A stretch of DNA of 64,000 nt, taken from Candidatus Acetothermia bacterium. Lineage in GTDB: Bacteria > Bipolaricaulota > Bipolaricaulia > UBA7950. Location of the stretch: the NCBI GenBank assembly GCA_022684035.1, contig JAJHSB010000062.1:6054-70053 (forward strand), written 5' to 3'. Position numbers and translations under genes: made by a program. Below are positions 30,144 to 39,215 of the stretch, piece by piece. Under the pieces are notes generated by a model. That model saw only the letters and a list, made by a program, of their open reading frames with translations. It was not told the origin of the DNA and did not search any database. Position 1 is the stretch's first letter. The number at the start of each line of letters is the position of its first letter.

Positions 30144-31421
30144 TCAGGCACCACCATCACAGATCTCCATAGTTTCAAATTCCATCTCTCCGATTACAAG
30201 CCTGTCACCGTCTTTGTATCCGGCTTTGACAAGTTTCTGTATCACTCCCATCTTCTCTAGTTGCTCATATAGGTAGGCGTGTGCATCTCGACTATCGAGA
30301 ACCAACTTGGTCACCAATTTTTCTACCTTCTCTCCTGAGACGACAAATTTCTCTTCGTCTCGTCTTACCGTAACGCTGGCTACATCTCCTTGAGATCGAT
30401 ATATTCGCCGCCTCGTTACCTGGATACTCTCTCGCTCGCGCATCGTAGCGAGGAGGTAATAAGTCTGTTTTACCAAATTCCGCACGTTTGCCCCTGTAAC
30501 GACCGATATCGGCAACAGATCAATTCCCTGTTCTTTAAACCTCATGCAGACTTCATCGACTCTCTTCTCGTCCACCAGGTCGATTTTATTCCCAACGACA
30601 AGCTGCGGCTTATCCGCTAAGCGGCTGTTAAAAGCTGATAGTTCAGCGTTGATTCGCATGTAGTCGTCAAGCGGATCATCCCTCTCTAAAGCAGTGATAT
30701 CCACAATATGAATCAACACTCGTGTCCGTTCAATATGTTTGAGAAACTTATCTCCTAACCCTTTACCGGCGTGCGCTCCTTCGATCAATCCTGGTATGTC
30801 AACGGCAACAAATTGATTGATTCCATCTACATCAACGACACCGAGATTCGGAACCACCGTTGTGAATGGATAAGGGGCTATTTTAGCTTTACGCGCGGAA
30901 ATTGCAGAGATCAAGCTCGATTTACCGACATTAGGAAAGCCGATTATCCCAACGTCAGCCAGGAGCTTTAACTCTAAGTCGATCGATCGTTGCTCGCCGG
31001 GTAAGCCGCGTTCGCAGATCCGCGGTGCCTGCCTAACCGAAGTAACAAAACTGGCATTACCCCGTCCTCCTTCCCCGCCCCTCGCCAGCAGGATCTCTGC
31101 TCCGCTGTGGGAAAGGTCGGCTAATATCTCTCCAGTGACGGAATCACGCACTACTGTTCCGATAGGAACATGGATTATTGTATCATCTCCGCTATATCCC
31201 TGACGTTTATTCTTTCCCCCGGGTTGGCCGTCCTTACCACGAAACCTGCGTTGATCTTTGAACGAAGACAACGTAGTGATATGCGGTGATGCTTGTATCA
31301 CTATATCGCCGCCATTGCCGCCATTACCACCTGCCGGCCCGCCTTTATAACTATAAAAGCAGATGATGCCGTTTCCACCTCGACCGGCTTGGACGTGAAT
31401 CTTCGCCTCATCTATAAACAT
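30144..31421 (-). CDS. obg: GTPase Obg
   Basis: Glycine-rich Obg fold, G1-G4 motifs (GFPNVGKSS) and a C-terminal OCT-like domain. Confidence 0.95.
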   Translation of the reverse strand: MFIDEAKIHVQAGRGGNGIICFYSYKGGPAGGNGGNGGDIVIQASPHITTLSSFKDQRRFRGKDGQPGGKNKRQGYSGDDTIIHVPIGTVVRDSVTGEILADLSHSGAEILLARGGEGGRGNASFVTSVRQAPRICERGLPGEQRSIDLELKLLADVGIIGFPNVGKSSLISAISARKAKIAPYPFTTVVPNLGVVDVDGINQFVAVDIPGLIEGAHAGKGLGDKFLKHIERTRVLIHIVDITALERDDPLDDYMRINAELSAFNSRLADKPQLVVGNKIDLVDEKRVDEVCMRFKEQGIDLLPISVVTGANVRNLVKQTYYLLATMRERESIQVTRRRIYRSQGDVASVTVRRDEEKFVVSGEKVEKLVTKLVLDSRDAHAYLYEQLEKMGVIQKLVKAGYKDGDRLVIGEMEFETMEICDGGA

Positions 31422-31459
31422 CGGATTGCAATGGTCATCCGTAACATAAACTTGATCAT

Positions 31460-31714
31460 CTAATCAGTAATCGGGAGGACATCGACATATTTTTGTTCCC
31501 GTCCGACAAACTGCACGTAACCTTTAACCGTAGCAAAGATTGTGTGGTCACGTCCCATACCGACATTCTTTCCGGGCTTGAACTTCGTTCCCCTCTGTCG
31601 AACAATAATCGTTCCCGCATTGACCATTTGACCACCAAAGCGCTTCACACCCAATCGCTGTCCCGGAGAATCTTTGAGGTTACGTGTCGATCCACTACTC
31701 GTCTTATGTGCCAT
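31460..31714 (-). CDS. rpmA: 50S ribosomal protein L27
   Basis: [28 protein letters not shown]. There is no N-terminal propeptide extension. Confidence 0.95.
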   Translation of the reverse strand: MAHKTSSGSTRNLKDSPGQRLGVKRFGGQMVNAGTIIVRQRGTKFKPGKNVGMGRDHTIFATVKGYVQFVGREQKYVDVLPITD

Positions 31715-31770
31715 ATTTCAATCACTTCCTGCTAACCAAATCCAATATAATCGTTCTTTCTCTATCTCGT

Positions 31771-32103
31771 TTACGAAAGACTCACCGCGGCTGTCATATC
31801 TTGCACGACAAATTCGGCCTGGTAATCGCGCTCAAGGAGCTTAAGTCCACAGAGCACAGTCTCTAAAATCGCATCAATCTCCCTGTTTAAAGAAGCAGTA
31901 GCAGCGCTACGGTTGATCAACCAGGAGAATTCGCCGTTCTTTGCGCGAAAGGTTGACTCAACATACAAGTAGCTGGCTAAGCCGGTAACAGCAGCCTGAA
32001 CAAGATAACGAGAGGCTATCCCTGGACTATTATTCTCTATTTGGCGTCCTTGGAACCTACAAATACGATTCTCCTCGTCTCTCTCTACAATAATTTCAGC
32101 CAA
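31771..32103 (-). CDS. Prp (YsxB/DUF464)-like protein, probably catalytically inactive
   Basis: 110 aa, sitting between rplU and rpmA, with Prp-like blocks. The catalytic His (GHAG) is replaced in GRQI, the catalytic Cys (IVCAAVS) is replaced in LVQAAVT, and the protein has no histidine at all. Confidence 0.55.
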   Translation of the reverse strand: MAEIIVERDEENRICRFQGRQIENNSPGIASRYLVQAAVTGLASYLYVESTFRAKNGEFSWLINRSAATASLNREIDAILETVLCGLKLLERDYQAEFVVQDMTAAVSLS

Positions 32104-32131
32104 ATTCTCTCCTCTGGCATCTACTCATATC

Positions 32132-32452
32132 TTATGCCACTACTTCGATCGTCTTTATTAATGTAGACATGTAAGGTTGCCGGTGACCTCGTTTACGCCG
32201 GTATCCCTTCTTTGGTTTATACTTGTAGATGATCACCTTCTCATCCAAACCCGCTTCACTGATTACCCCGGTTATCGTGGCGCCTTTGAGGTAGGGAGTG
32301 CCGATCTGAGGACCATTCTCATCGACTACAAGGAGAACTTTGTCGAATTTGATTGCCTCCCCGACTCTATATCCATCAATTTTCTCATGGACTACCACTG
32401 CGCCTGGTTCAACACGATACTGCTTTCCGCACGTTTCAATTATTGCATACAT
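32132..32452 (-). CDS. rplU: 50S ribosomal protein L21
   Basis: MYAIIETCGKQYRV... Confidence 0.95.
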   Translation of the reverse strand: MYAIIETCGKQYRVEPGAVVVHEKIDGYRVGEAIKFDKVLLVVDENGPQIGTPYLKGATITGVISEAGLDEKVIIYKYKPKKGYRRKRGHRQPYMSTLIKTIEVVA

Positions 32453-32501
32453 CTTTATTTCACCAATTTAAGATAAATTTTAACGTCACTCGATAATGAT
32501 T

Positions 32502-34169
32502 TCAACCGACCCGATTCTTCATCTCATTATACCTTCTCTCCAATTCAATGACATCAATCTTAGCGAGCAAAAAAGCTTCGGAAGAGATCTTTCTGCCTCC
32601 CGCAATCATATTGATTTCATCCCATCTGTTTTTAGACGCACCCATCCGGGTGAGAATCACTGTCGCAAACCGTGGTATAAATGGCTGCAGCAAAACAGCG
32701 ATTGCCTTGACAAGATGAAACCCGGCGATTACTCCTTGCGGATCCTTCGTCTGCCAGGGACGTTGCTGCTGGAAATACTCATTTCCGAAAACGGCCAACG
32801 AGGCGACGATGCGTGCAGCAGCAGCGATGCTCCCCTCTTCCATTGCACGTTCGTATTCCATGGTAGCTACTTTTACACGCTCTGCGACCTTGGAATCAAG
32901 GTCGCCACTCGGGACAATTCCGTCGTAATTACGGGTGATAAAGGATAAGACCCGATTGATCAGGTTGCTGATATTGTCAATCAGTATTCCGTTTATCACC
33001 CGATCAAGCTCAGCCCATGAGAAGTTAACATCCTGCGTTTCAGGACGTTCATACAAGAGGTAAAAACGCCAATATTCAGGATCAAGGAGCTTGATCGCCT
33101 CATCCGCATAGATCCCTTTACCCTCACTCTTTGAAAACCGTTCGCCTCCGGTCCAATTTAGGTATTCACTGGCCGCAATCTGATCAGGAAGATGGTACCC
33201 CTCCCCTGAGGCAATCAGTTGCGCCGGAAAGATAATTACATGGAACGGAATATTATCCTTGCCTTGAGTATAAACTTGTTTTACATCATCTCCGAACCAG
33301 AACTTTCGCCACTTATCTTCTTGACCCTCGTTACGAAAATATTCGATCGTTGCAGAGAGATAACCGAGTGCTGCTTCTGCCCAAACATAGATCACTTTCC
33401 CCTCCGCGCCAACGAACGGAGCAGGAATTCCCCACTCTAAATCACGGGTAATTGCGCGTGGGCGCAGTCCATCTTCGATCATTTGCTCAGCAAATAGGTT
33501 CACATTACTACGAAAGTTACGTGAAGCGATATACTCGCGTAATTTGGGGGAGAGCTTCACCAAATCAAGATACCAATGGCGTGTACGTTTACGCACGATC
33601 ATCCCTTTGCCACAAAAACTGCACTTGGCATCGCTCAACTCTTCCGGTTCAAGCATAAGACCACACGCATCACATTGGTTCCCCTTTGCGCGTTCGTTCC
33701 CACACTTCGGACAGCGGCCGATGATGAACCGATCAGCCAGAAAAGAGTTACAGAGAGTACAGAAAACCCGTTCCTCCTCTGCCGTAGTAATATAGCCGTT
33801 GGCATCCATTTTGCGATAGATGTCAACAACGAACTCCTTGTGCACCGGTGATTCGGTAGTTGTGTAATTATCGATGGCGATATCAAAGGCTTTAATTATC
33901 GCGAGGATTTGCGAATGAATCTGTTCGACCAGCTTTGCTGGAGATACTTTGATGCGCGCTGCTTCATATTCAATCCGTGTGCCATGAGCATCAGTCCCTG
34001 AGACATGGAGTGTCTCATAGCCGCGCAGACGGTAGTAAGAGGTAAGCGCCCCTCCGGAAAGTAGGCACCCGATAAGATTTCCCAAATGAGGGATACCTGA
34101 ACCGTAGGGCCAAGCGCTACATATCAAGATACGGCTTGGGCGTGTATCTTTACTATTTTTAATCTCCAT
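32502..34169 (-). CDS. metG: methionine--tRNA ligase (short form, no C-terminal tRNA-binding domain)
   Basis: HLGN (HIGH) motif, a zinc-knuckle cysteine cluster and KMSKS-class anticodon-binding helices; 555 aa. Confidence 0.92.
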   Translation of the reverse strand: MEIKNSKDTRPSRILICSAWPYGSGIPHLGNLIGCLLSGGALTSYYRLRGYETLHVSGTDAHGTRIEYEAARIKVSPAKLVEQIHSQILAIIKAFDIAIDNYTTTESPVHKEFVVDIYRKMDANGYITTAEEERVFCTLCNSFLADRFIIGRCPKCGNERAKGNQCDACGLMLEPEELSDAKCSFCGKGMIVRKRTRHWYLDLVKLSPKLREYIASRNFRSNVNLFAEQMIEDGLRPRAITRDLEWGIPAPFVGAEGKVIYVWAEAALGYLSATIEYFRNEGQEDKWRKFWFGDDVKQVYTQGKDNIPFHVIIFPAQLIASGEGYHLPDQIAASEYLNWTGGERFSKSEGKGIYADEAIKLLDPEYWRFYLLYERPETQDVNFSWAELDRVINGILIDNISNLINRVLSFITRNYDGIVPSGDLDSKVAERVKVATMEYERAMEEGSIAAAARIVASLAVFGNEYFQQQRPWQTKDPQGVIAGFHLVKAIAVLLQPFIPRFATVILTRMGASKNRWDEINMIAGGRKISSEAFLLAKIDVIELERRYNEMKNRVG

Positions 34170-34401
34170 CCAAACTTCCTCGTATCACAAATTATGTAAA
34201 GCCAGAGTATATCGCCTTATGCGAAGTGTTACAAGATACCGCATTGCCTCATCAAAAAAGTACTCCAAATCGTATCGTTGCCTTAAATGAAAAATGTACT
34301 TAAATTTGGCGGTAAAGGAAGAGATGGTTGTCTCCTACCATGGTGTGCAGTTACGCCTCGCCTCGTGGAATAGACTATTCCCATGGAGCCTGTCATCTAT
34401 T

Positions 34402-34480
34402 AAAATTTAGTTGCTAAAAAGGATTCAAGGATTCAAGTATTCAAGTATTCCGCTTGACTCCTTGACCCCTTGACCCCTGG
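34402..34480. repeat. 'aatttagttgctaaaaagg' hairpin element between the hydA 3' end and metG
   Basis: A (gattcaag)x3-4 array followed by an inverse (ccttgacc)x3 array forms a long imperfect hairpin. The same family occurs at 53500-53606 and 21524-21572. Confidence 0.7.
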
Positions 34481-34490
34481 AATTGTCCTG

Positions 34491-36533
34491 TCAGTCTTTG
34501 ACGCACGAGATACTTTGTAAAGATAGCTGCGCCAACTTCTTCACCACCATCTCCTCAAAGATCGCTGGAAGGCGCTCTTCGGTCACTCCTTCAAGTATTT
34601 GTCCATCAATAACTGCTGATGGTCCACGATCGCATTGCTCAAGACAGAAAGTGGCTTGCACGTTGACGCGATCGGATAGTCCCTGCTTTTCAATCAAGGC
34701 TGCCAATTCTTGTATCACACCATAAGACCCTCGCAGATAGCAACTAGTGCCGACACAAACCTGGATCTCCATCGTAGGCCGCTCAGCGGCTACAACTGGG
34801 ATGAATTGTTCAAATACGCGCCGGCGTGAGGCGTAGGTAGTATGCAAGGCGTGGTGGGCAACATCGCTTCCTGGCTCCTTCAGCCATTGCTGGTAAAGTT
34901 CGCTAATGAATGGATTATCCTGTACTGTTCGTATCTGCTTCAGCCGGTCTGCTGCTCGCATACCTCCTGCTCGCTGCTGCCGGACCTGGATATTGTTGAT
35001 TAGGGGTTGTCCACCGCCAGCGACACATCCTCCTGGGCAGGCCATTACCTCCACCAGATGGTATGAGAGTTCTCCCGCGCGCAGGGCAGCGATCAACTTC
35101 TTGGCTGCCCCCAAAGTGTGTACCGTAGCGATGCGAATTACCCTGTTACCTACGGGTACGATAGCCTCATTCACATTGGGGAATCCCTCCACCGGAGTAA
35201 AGGCAAAATCAACCGGCGGCCTTTTCCCGGACAACTTATAGATCGCGGTTCGTATTACTGCCGTGCTCACTCCGCTGAAGACGCCGAAGATGGTGCCCGC
35301 ACCGCTAGCAAATCCAAATGGCAAATCGAAGGAGTCATCTTCAAGTTCCGCAAAGACGATTCCCATCTCGCGAATCATCCGCGCCAGTTCGTGAGTGGAA
35401 ATAACGGCGTCGACATCAGGACTTCCCTCTGTAGTGAGTTCCGGCCGCCTGGCCTCAAACTTCTTGGCTGTGCAGGGCATCACCGAAACCACAAAGATAT
35501 CCTGTGGGGAGAGCCCTTGTTCTTTGGCATAGAACTTCTTGAGCAGTGAGCCGAGCATCTGTTGGGGAGAACGGCAAGTTGAGAGTTGAGGCAGAAGATC
35601 AGAGTGGAAGTGTTCAGCATACTTTACCCACGCTGGACAGCAACTGGTAAATTGCGGTAGATGCTCCCCTGTTTCGAGATGATGCAAGAATTCGGTCGTT
35701 TCCTCCATCGTTGTCAAATCAGCAGCAAAAGAGGTATCGTAAATCTCGTGAAATCCCAGCCGACGCAGAGCAGCGACCATCTTACCGGTACTGATTGTGC
35801 CTGCTTTCTCCCCGAACTCTTCGCCCAGGGCGACGCGCACCGCCGGGGCTGTCTGAACGATCACTCGCTTATGTGGGTCGCTTAGAGCTGCCCAGACAGC
35901 ATCAATCTCGAATTTTATCGTCAGCGCAGCAGTAGGACAGGCCTGGATACACTGACCGCATCCCACACATTCCCCCTCAGCCAGAGATTTATTGAATGCC
36001 GGTATTACTTGTACTGCCGCACCCCGGTAGGCAAAGTCCAGCACTCCGATTCCTTGAATCTCGGAACAGTTGCGCACGCAGTTCCCACACAGCACGCACT
36101 TATTCGGATCGCGTACCAGGCTAGGGCTCGATGTGTCGCGCGGCAGTGGTTCTCGATCTTTACCAAAGCGAATATTGCCAATGCCGAAGCGGAGTGTTAA
36201 TTCCTGCAGCCGGCACTGGCCGCTCTTCTCACAGATAGTGCAATCACGATCGTGATCAGCGAGGAGCAGCTCCAGAATGGTGCGGCGCATTCGTTGCAAA
36301 CGAGGAGTAGTGGTGCGAATGACCATTCCGTCGGCTGGCGGGGTGGAGCAGGAAGCAATAAAGCCCAGTTTTTCTTCCTCTACTATACACATGCGGCATG
36401 CTCCGAAGTCCGATAACTCGAAGTGGTAACAGAAGGCCGGGAGATCCACACCGGCTTTGCGAACTAGCTCCAGGATGTTTGTTTCTCCATCGATGGGTAA
36501 GACTTTTTTGTCAATCGTGATTGTACCACTCAC
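34491..36533 (-). CDS. hydA: [FeFe]-hydrogenase catalytic subunit HydA (group A3, Thermotoga-type, with C-terminal thioredoxin-like 2Fe-2S domain)
   Basis: N-terminal 2Fe-2S and 4Fe-4S ferredoxin domains. H-cluster motifs L1 TSCCPAWV, L2 MPCTAKKFE and L3 EVMACPGGC. C-terminal NuoE-like CVGTSCY...CLEQCDRGP. GTG start with a GGAGGT RBS. Confidence 0.9.
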   Translation of the reverse strand: MSGTITIDKKVLPIDGETNILELVRKAGVDLPAFCYHFELSDFGACRMCIVEEEKLGFIASCSTPPADGMVIRTTTPRLQRMRRTILELLLADHDRDCTICEKSGQCRLQELTLRFGIGNIRFGKDREPLPRDTSSPSLVRDPNKCVLCGNCVRNCSEIQGIGVLDFAYRGAAVQVIPAFNKSLAEGECVGCGQCIQACPTAALTIKFEIDAVWAALSDPHKRVIVQTAPAVRVALGEEFGEKAGTISTGKMVAALRRLGFHEIYDTSFAADLTTMEETTEFLHHLETGEHLPQFTSCCPAWVKYAEHFHSDLLPQLSTCRSPQQMLGSLLKKFYAKEQGLSPQDIFVVSVMPCTAKKFEARRPELTTEGSPDVDAVISTHELARMIREMGIVFAELEDDSFDLPFGFASGAGTIFGVFSGVSTAVIRTAIYKLSGKRPPVDFAFTPVEGFPNVNEAIVPVGNRVIRIATVHTLGAAKKLIAALRAGELSYHLVEVMACPGGCVAGGGQPLINNIQVRQQRAGGMRAADRLKQIRTVQDNPFISELYQQWLKEPGSDVAHHALHTTYASRRRVFEQFIPVVAAERPTMEIQVCVGTSCYLRGSYGVIQELAALIEKQGLSDRVNVQATFCLEQCDRGPSAVIDGQILEGVTEERLPAIFEEMVVKKLAQLSLQSISCVKD

Positions 36534-36587
36534 TTTTTACCTCCGATGATAAAATTAACCACGAATATACGCGAATTGACACGAATG

Positions 36588-36986
36588 TTATAAAACTATT
36601 CTTTCATATTCTAACTTCGGTCTTGCAAAATTTATTATTATTCCTAACTTTAACCCAGTTGCTTTAAGATAATTTATTACTTGAGCACGGTGAATATCAG
36701 TAATCTTCTCAACACACTTCATCTCTAAAATTATTTCATCCTCTACAAGTATATCAGCAAAATATTCGCCGACTATTTCTCCCTCAAAATGCACTTTGAG
36801 CGGTGCTTGCTGAACTACCTTCATCCCATTTTTATTCAATTTTATTATTACTGCATTTTCATACACTTTCTCTAAAAATCCTGCTCCAAGAGTATTATGC
36901 ACCTCCATTACTGCGCCTATCACTTTATAGGAAAGTTCTTTATGCAGTATTTTTTCGTGTTCATTAGTGTTCATTCGTGGTTTCAT
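36588..36986 (-). CDS. GxxExxY family protein (PD-(D/E)XK-like) inserted between hydB and hydA
   Basis: The family signature reads GAGFLEKVYENA; 132 aa. Its first 11 codons are encoded by a 30-bp repeat that also occurs intact directly after the hydB stop. Confidence 0.8.
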   Translation of the reverse strand: MKPRMNTNEHEKILHKELSYKVIGAVMEVHNTLGAGFLEKVYENAVIIKLNKNGMKVVQQAPLKVHFEGEIVGEYFADILVEDEIILEMKCVEKITDIHRAQVINYLKATGLKLGIIINFARPKLEYERIVL

Positions 36987-37116
36987 TAGGTAATTCGGTA
37001 ATTCGGGGTCAGGTCTTGAATTTTAACATTTATCTTAAGCCACGAATTAACACGAAAAGTTATAAAACAAGCTCTTTATAAATAATTTCGTGTTCATTAG
37101 TGTTCATTCGTGGTTT
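36954..37116. repeat. duplicated intergenic segment flanking the GxxExxY gene
   Basis: The 30-mer ttcgtgttcattagtgttcattcgtggttt is identical at 36954-36983 and 37087-37116. cgaattNacacgaaNNgttataaaac is also present at 36572-36596 and 37043-37068. Confidence 0.85.
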
Positions 37117-37119
37117 TAT

Positions 37120-38943
37120 CTATTTAAGTCGTCCCGGAATGCATGTCACCGCGGCAAATCGCTCCGGGCATACACTCAAGCATATCCCACATCTGTTACA
37201 CTTATCCTGGTCTATAACGTGAACCTCTTTCTTACCACCTGTAATCGCTCCGATAGGGCACTTCCGCAGACAGATCATACAGGCTTTACATTTATCCGGC
37301 GCGATATAGTAAGAGATAAGCGGCGGGCACACCCTTGCGGGGCATTTTTGTTCACAGATATGAGCGATGTACTCATCATGGAAGTAGCGAAGCGTTGTGA
37401 GCACCGGGTTGGGAGCTGTTTTCCCCAGTTGACAGAGTGATCCATCCTTGACGGTAGTAGCTATTTCTTGTAGCAAATCGAGGTCCTCTTCCCGCCCATC
37501 TCCGCTGGTGATTCGGGTGAGAATCTCCAGCATCCGCTTCGTCCCCTCGCGACAGGGCACGCACTTACCACAGGATTCATTCTGGGTAAACTTCATAAAG
37601 TAGCGAGCTACCTCTACCATGCAATCATCCTCACTGAGAACTACCAGCCCGCCCGAACCCATGATCGCTCCTGCGGAGGTTAAAGATTCATAATCTATAC
37701 CATAATCCAGGTGTGTCGCCGGAAGGCATCCCCCAGAAGGGCCGCCTATTTGCACCGCCTTGAACTTTTTGCCGCCTTCTACACCTCCTCCGATATCAAA
37801 GATGATTTGGCGTATGGTGAGGCCAAATGGTATTTCGACCAATCCAGTGTTATTTACCTTTCCGGTCAAAGCGAAGGTCTTTGTCCCGGGATTAGTAGGT
37901 GTACCAAAGCTGCGAAACCAATCCGCCCCGTTTAATATGATTCCTGGTACATGGCCTAAAGTCTCGACGTTATTGATGACTGTCGGATTACCCCGCAGCC
38001 CTGAAGTTGCCGGAAAAGGAGGTCGCTGCCGTGGCATTCCACGTCTGCCTTCCATGGCAGCAATCATCGCCGTCTCTTCGCCGCAGACAAAGGCACCTGC
38101 CCCTTCCATGATATCGATCTGACAGGAGAAATCGCTTCCGAGAATCCCATCGCCAATCAAACTATATCCTTGGGCATCATCTATCGCCTGCTGCAAGCGC
38201 TTTACGGCGAGTGGGTACTCAGCTCGTACGTAATAAATATATCCCTGCCGAGCTCCAATCGCATAGGCGGCAATCAGCATTCCCTCTAATACCCGATGGG
38301 GATCGCCCTCAAGTAAGCTGCGGTTCATAAATGCCCCTGGATCACCCTCATCACCGTTACAGACCACATACTTCACCTCTCCGGGAGCGCGGTAAGCAAA
38401 CTCCCACTTCCGCCCAGTGGGGAACCCGGCACCGCCACGGCCGCGCAGGATTGAGCGTTTGATCTCTTCAATAACATCTTCCGGGTTCATTTCAAAGAGG
38501 GCTTTACCGAGAGCCTCATATCCACCCCGAGCGATATACTCCTCGATGTTCTCCGGATTAATCACACCGCAGTTGCCGAGAACAATACGCTGCTGCTTGG
38601 CGTAGAAGGGCATCTCGCTGTAGTGCGGCAAGGCCTGATGAGAGATCGGTTCTTTATAGGTAAGGGCTTCCACCACCCGACCTTTCACAAAGGTCTCCTC
38701 CACCAGATGAGGGATGTCTTTCTCCTGAACACGGCAGTAAAGAATTCCCTCGGGATAGATGATCACCAACGGGCCCATTTCGCAGAGCCCGTGACAACCG
38801 GTGAAAATTACCCGCACCTCATCTTCAAGGCCGCGGCGTGCAATCTCTACCTTCAGGAGATTGAATATCTTGTCCGCACCGGAGGCAACACATCCGGTAC
38901 CTCTACATACCAGGGCATTTGCTCGATAAAAAGCTTCAGTCAT
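37120..38943 (-). CDS. hydB: [FeFe]-hydrogenase beta subunit HydB (NuoF-like NADH/FMN-binding flavoprotein with 2Fe-2S and 2x4Fe-4S)
   Basis: NuoF motifs (GRGGAGFPTG, C-x2-C-x2-C-x3-CP pairs). Start reset to ATG 38943, which has an AAGGAGGT RBS; the ORF-track extension to 38988 runs into the MITE. Confidence 0.9.
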   Translation of the reverse strand: MTEAFYRANALVCRGTGCVASGADKIFNLLKVEIARRGLEDEVRVIFTGCHGLCEMGPLVIIYPEGILYCRVQEKDIPHLVEETFVKGRVVEALTYKEPISHQALPHYSEMPFYAKQQRIVLGNCGVINPENIEEYIARGGYEALGKALFEMNPEDVIEEIKRSILRGRGGAGFPTGRKWEFAYRAPGEVKYVVCNGDEGDPGAFMNRSLLEGDPHRVLEGMLIAAYAIGARQGYIYYVRAEYPLAVKRLQQAIDDAQGYSLIGDGILGSDFSCQIDIMEGAGAFVCGEETAMIAAMEGRRGMPRQRPPFPATSGLRGNPTVINNVETLGHVPGIILNGADWFRSFGTPTNPGTKTFALTGKVNNTGLVEIPFGLTIRQIIFDIGGGVEGGKKFKAVQIGGPSGGCLPATHLDYGIDYESLTSAGAIMGSGGLVVLSEDDCMVEVARYFMKFTQNESCGKCVPCREGTKRMLEILTRITSGDGREEDLDLLQEIATTVKDGSLCQLGKTAPNPVLTTLRYFHDEYIAHICEQKCPARVCPPLISYYIAPDKCKACMICLRKCPIGAITGGKKEVHVIDQDKCNRCGICLSVCPERFAAVTCIPGRLK

Positions 38944-38956
38944 CAGATTACCTCCT

Positions 38957-39200
38957 TCCCCGGACAAGCCGGAAATCCCAATAACCAAATCTCAATTTCC
39001 AAACAATAATCAAATTTCAATAATCAAACTTCTATTGCGATTTGTCGATAATCGAGGAGAAGACTCCGGCCTTTCTGTTTGAGATTTTGGTCATTGGTCA
39101 TTGAGCTTTGTTTGGAAATTGGTGCTTGGAATTTGTGATTTCAACTCCTTGCCATTCCCCGCCTTCGCGAGGACAAGTTTGCGTCAGATTTCAGATTTTG
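38957..39200. repeat. family-1 MITE-like element, about 245 bp, complete, inside the hyd operon
   Basis: Left arm ccggacaagccggaaatcccaataaccaaatctcaatttccaaacaataatcaaa. Right arm tttgagattttggtcattggtcattgagctttgtttggaaattggtgcttggaatttgtgatttcaa. About 90% identical, as reverse complement, to 55611-55865. Confidence 0.85.
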
Positions 39201-39215
39201 GGGACTTATAGATGA

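Noticed and set aside
38944-38988. ORF-track N-terminal extension of hydB (MVIGISGLSGEGGNL)
   Set aside because: It lies inside the family-1 MITE arm. ATG 38943 has a perfect AAGGAGGT RBS and begins the conserved NuoF-like sequence.
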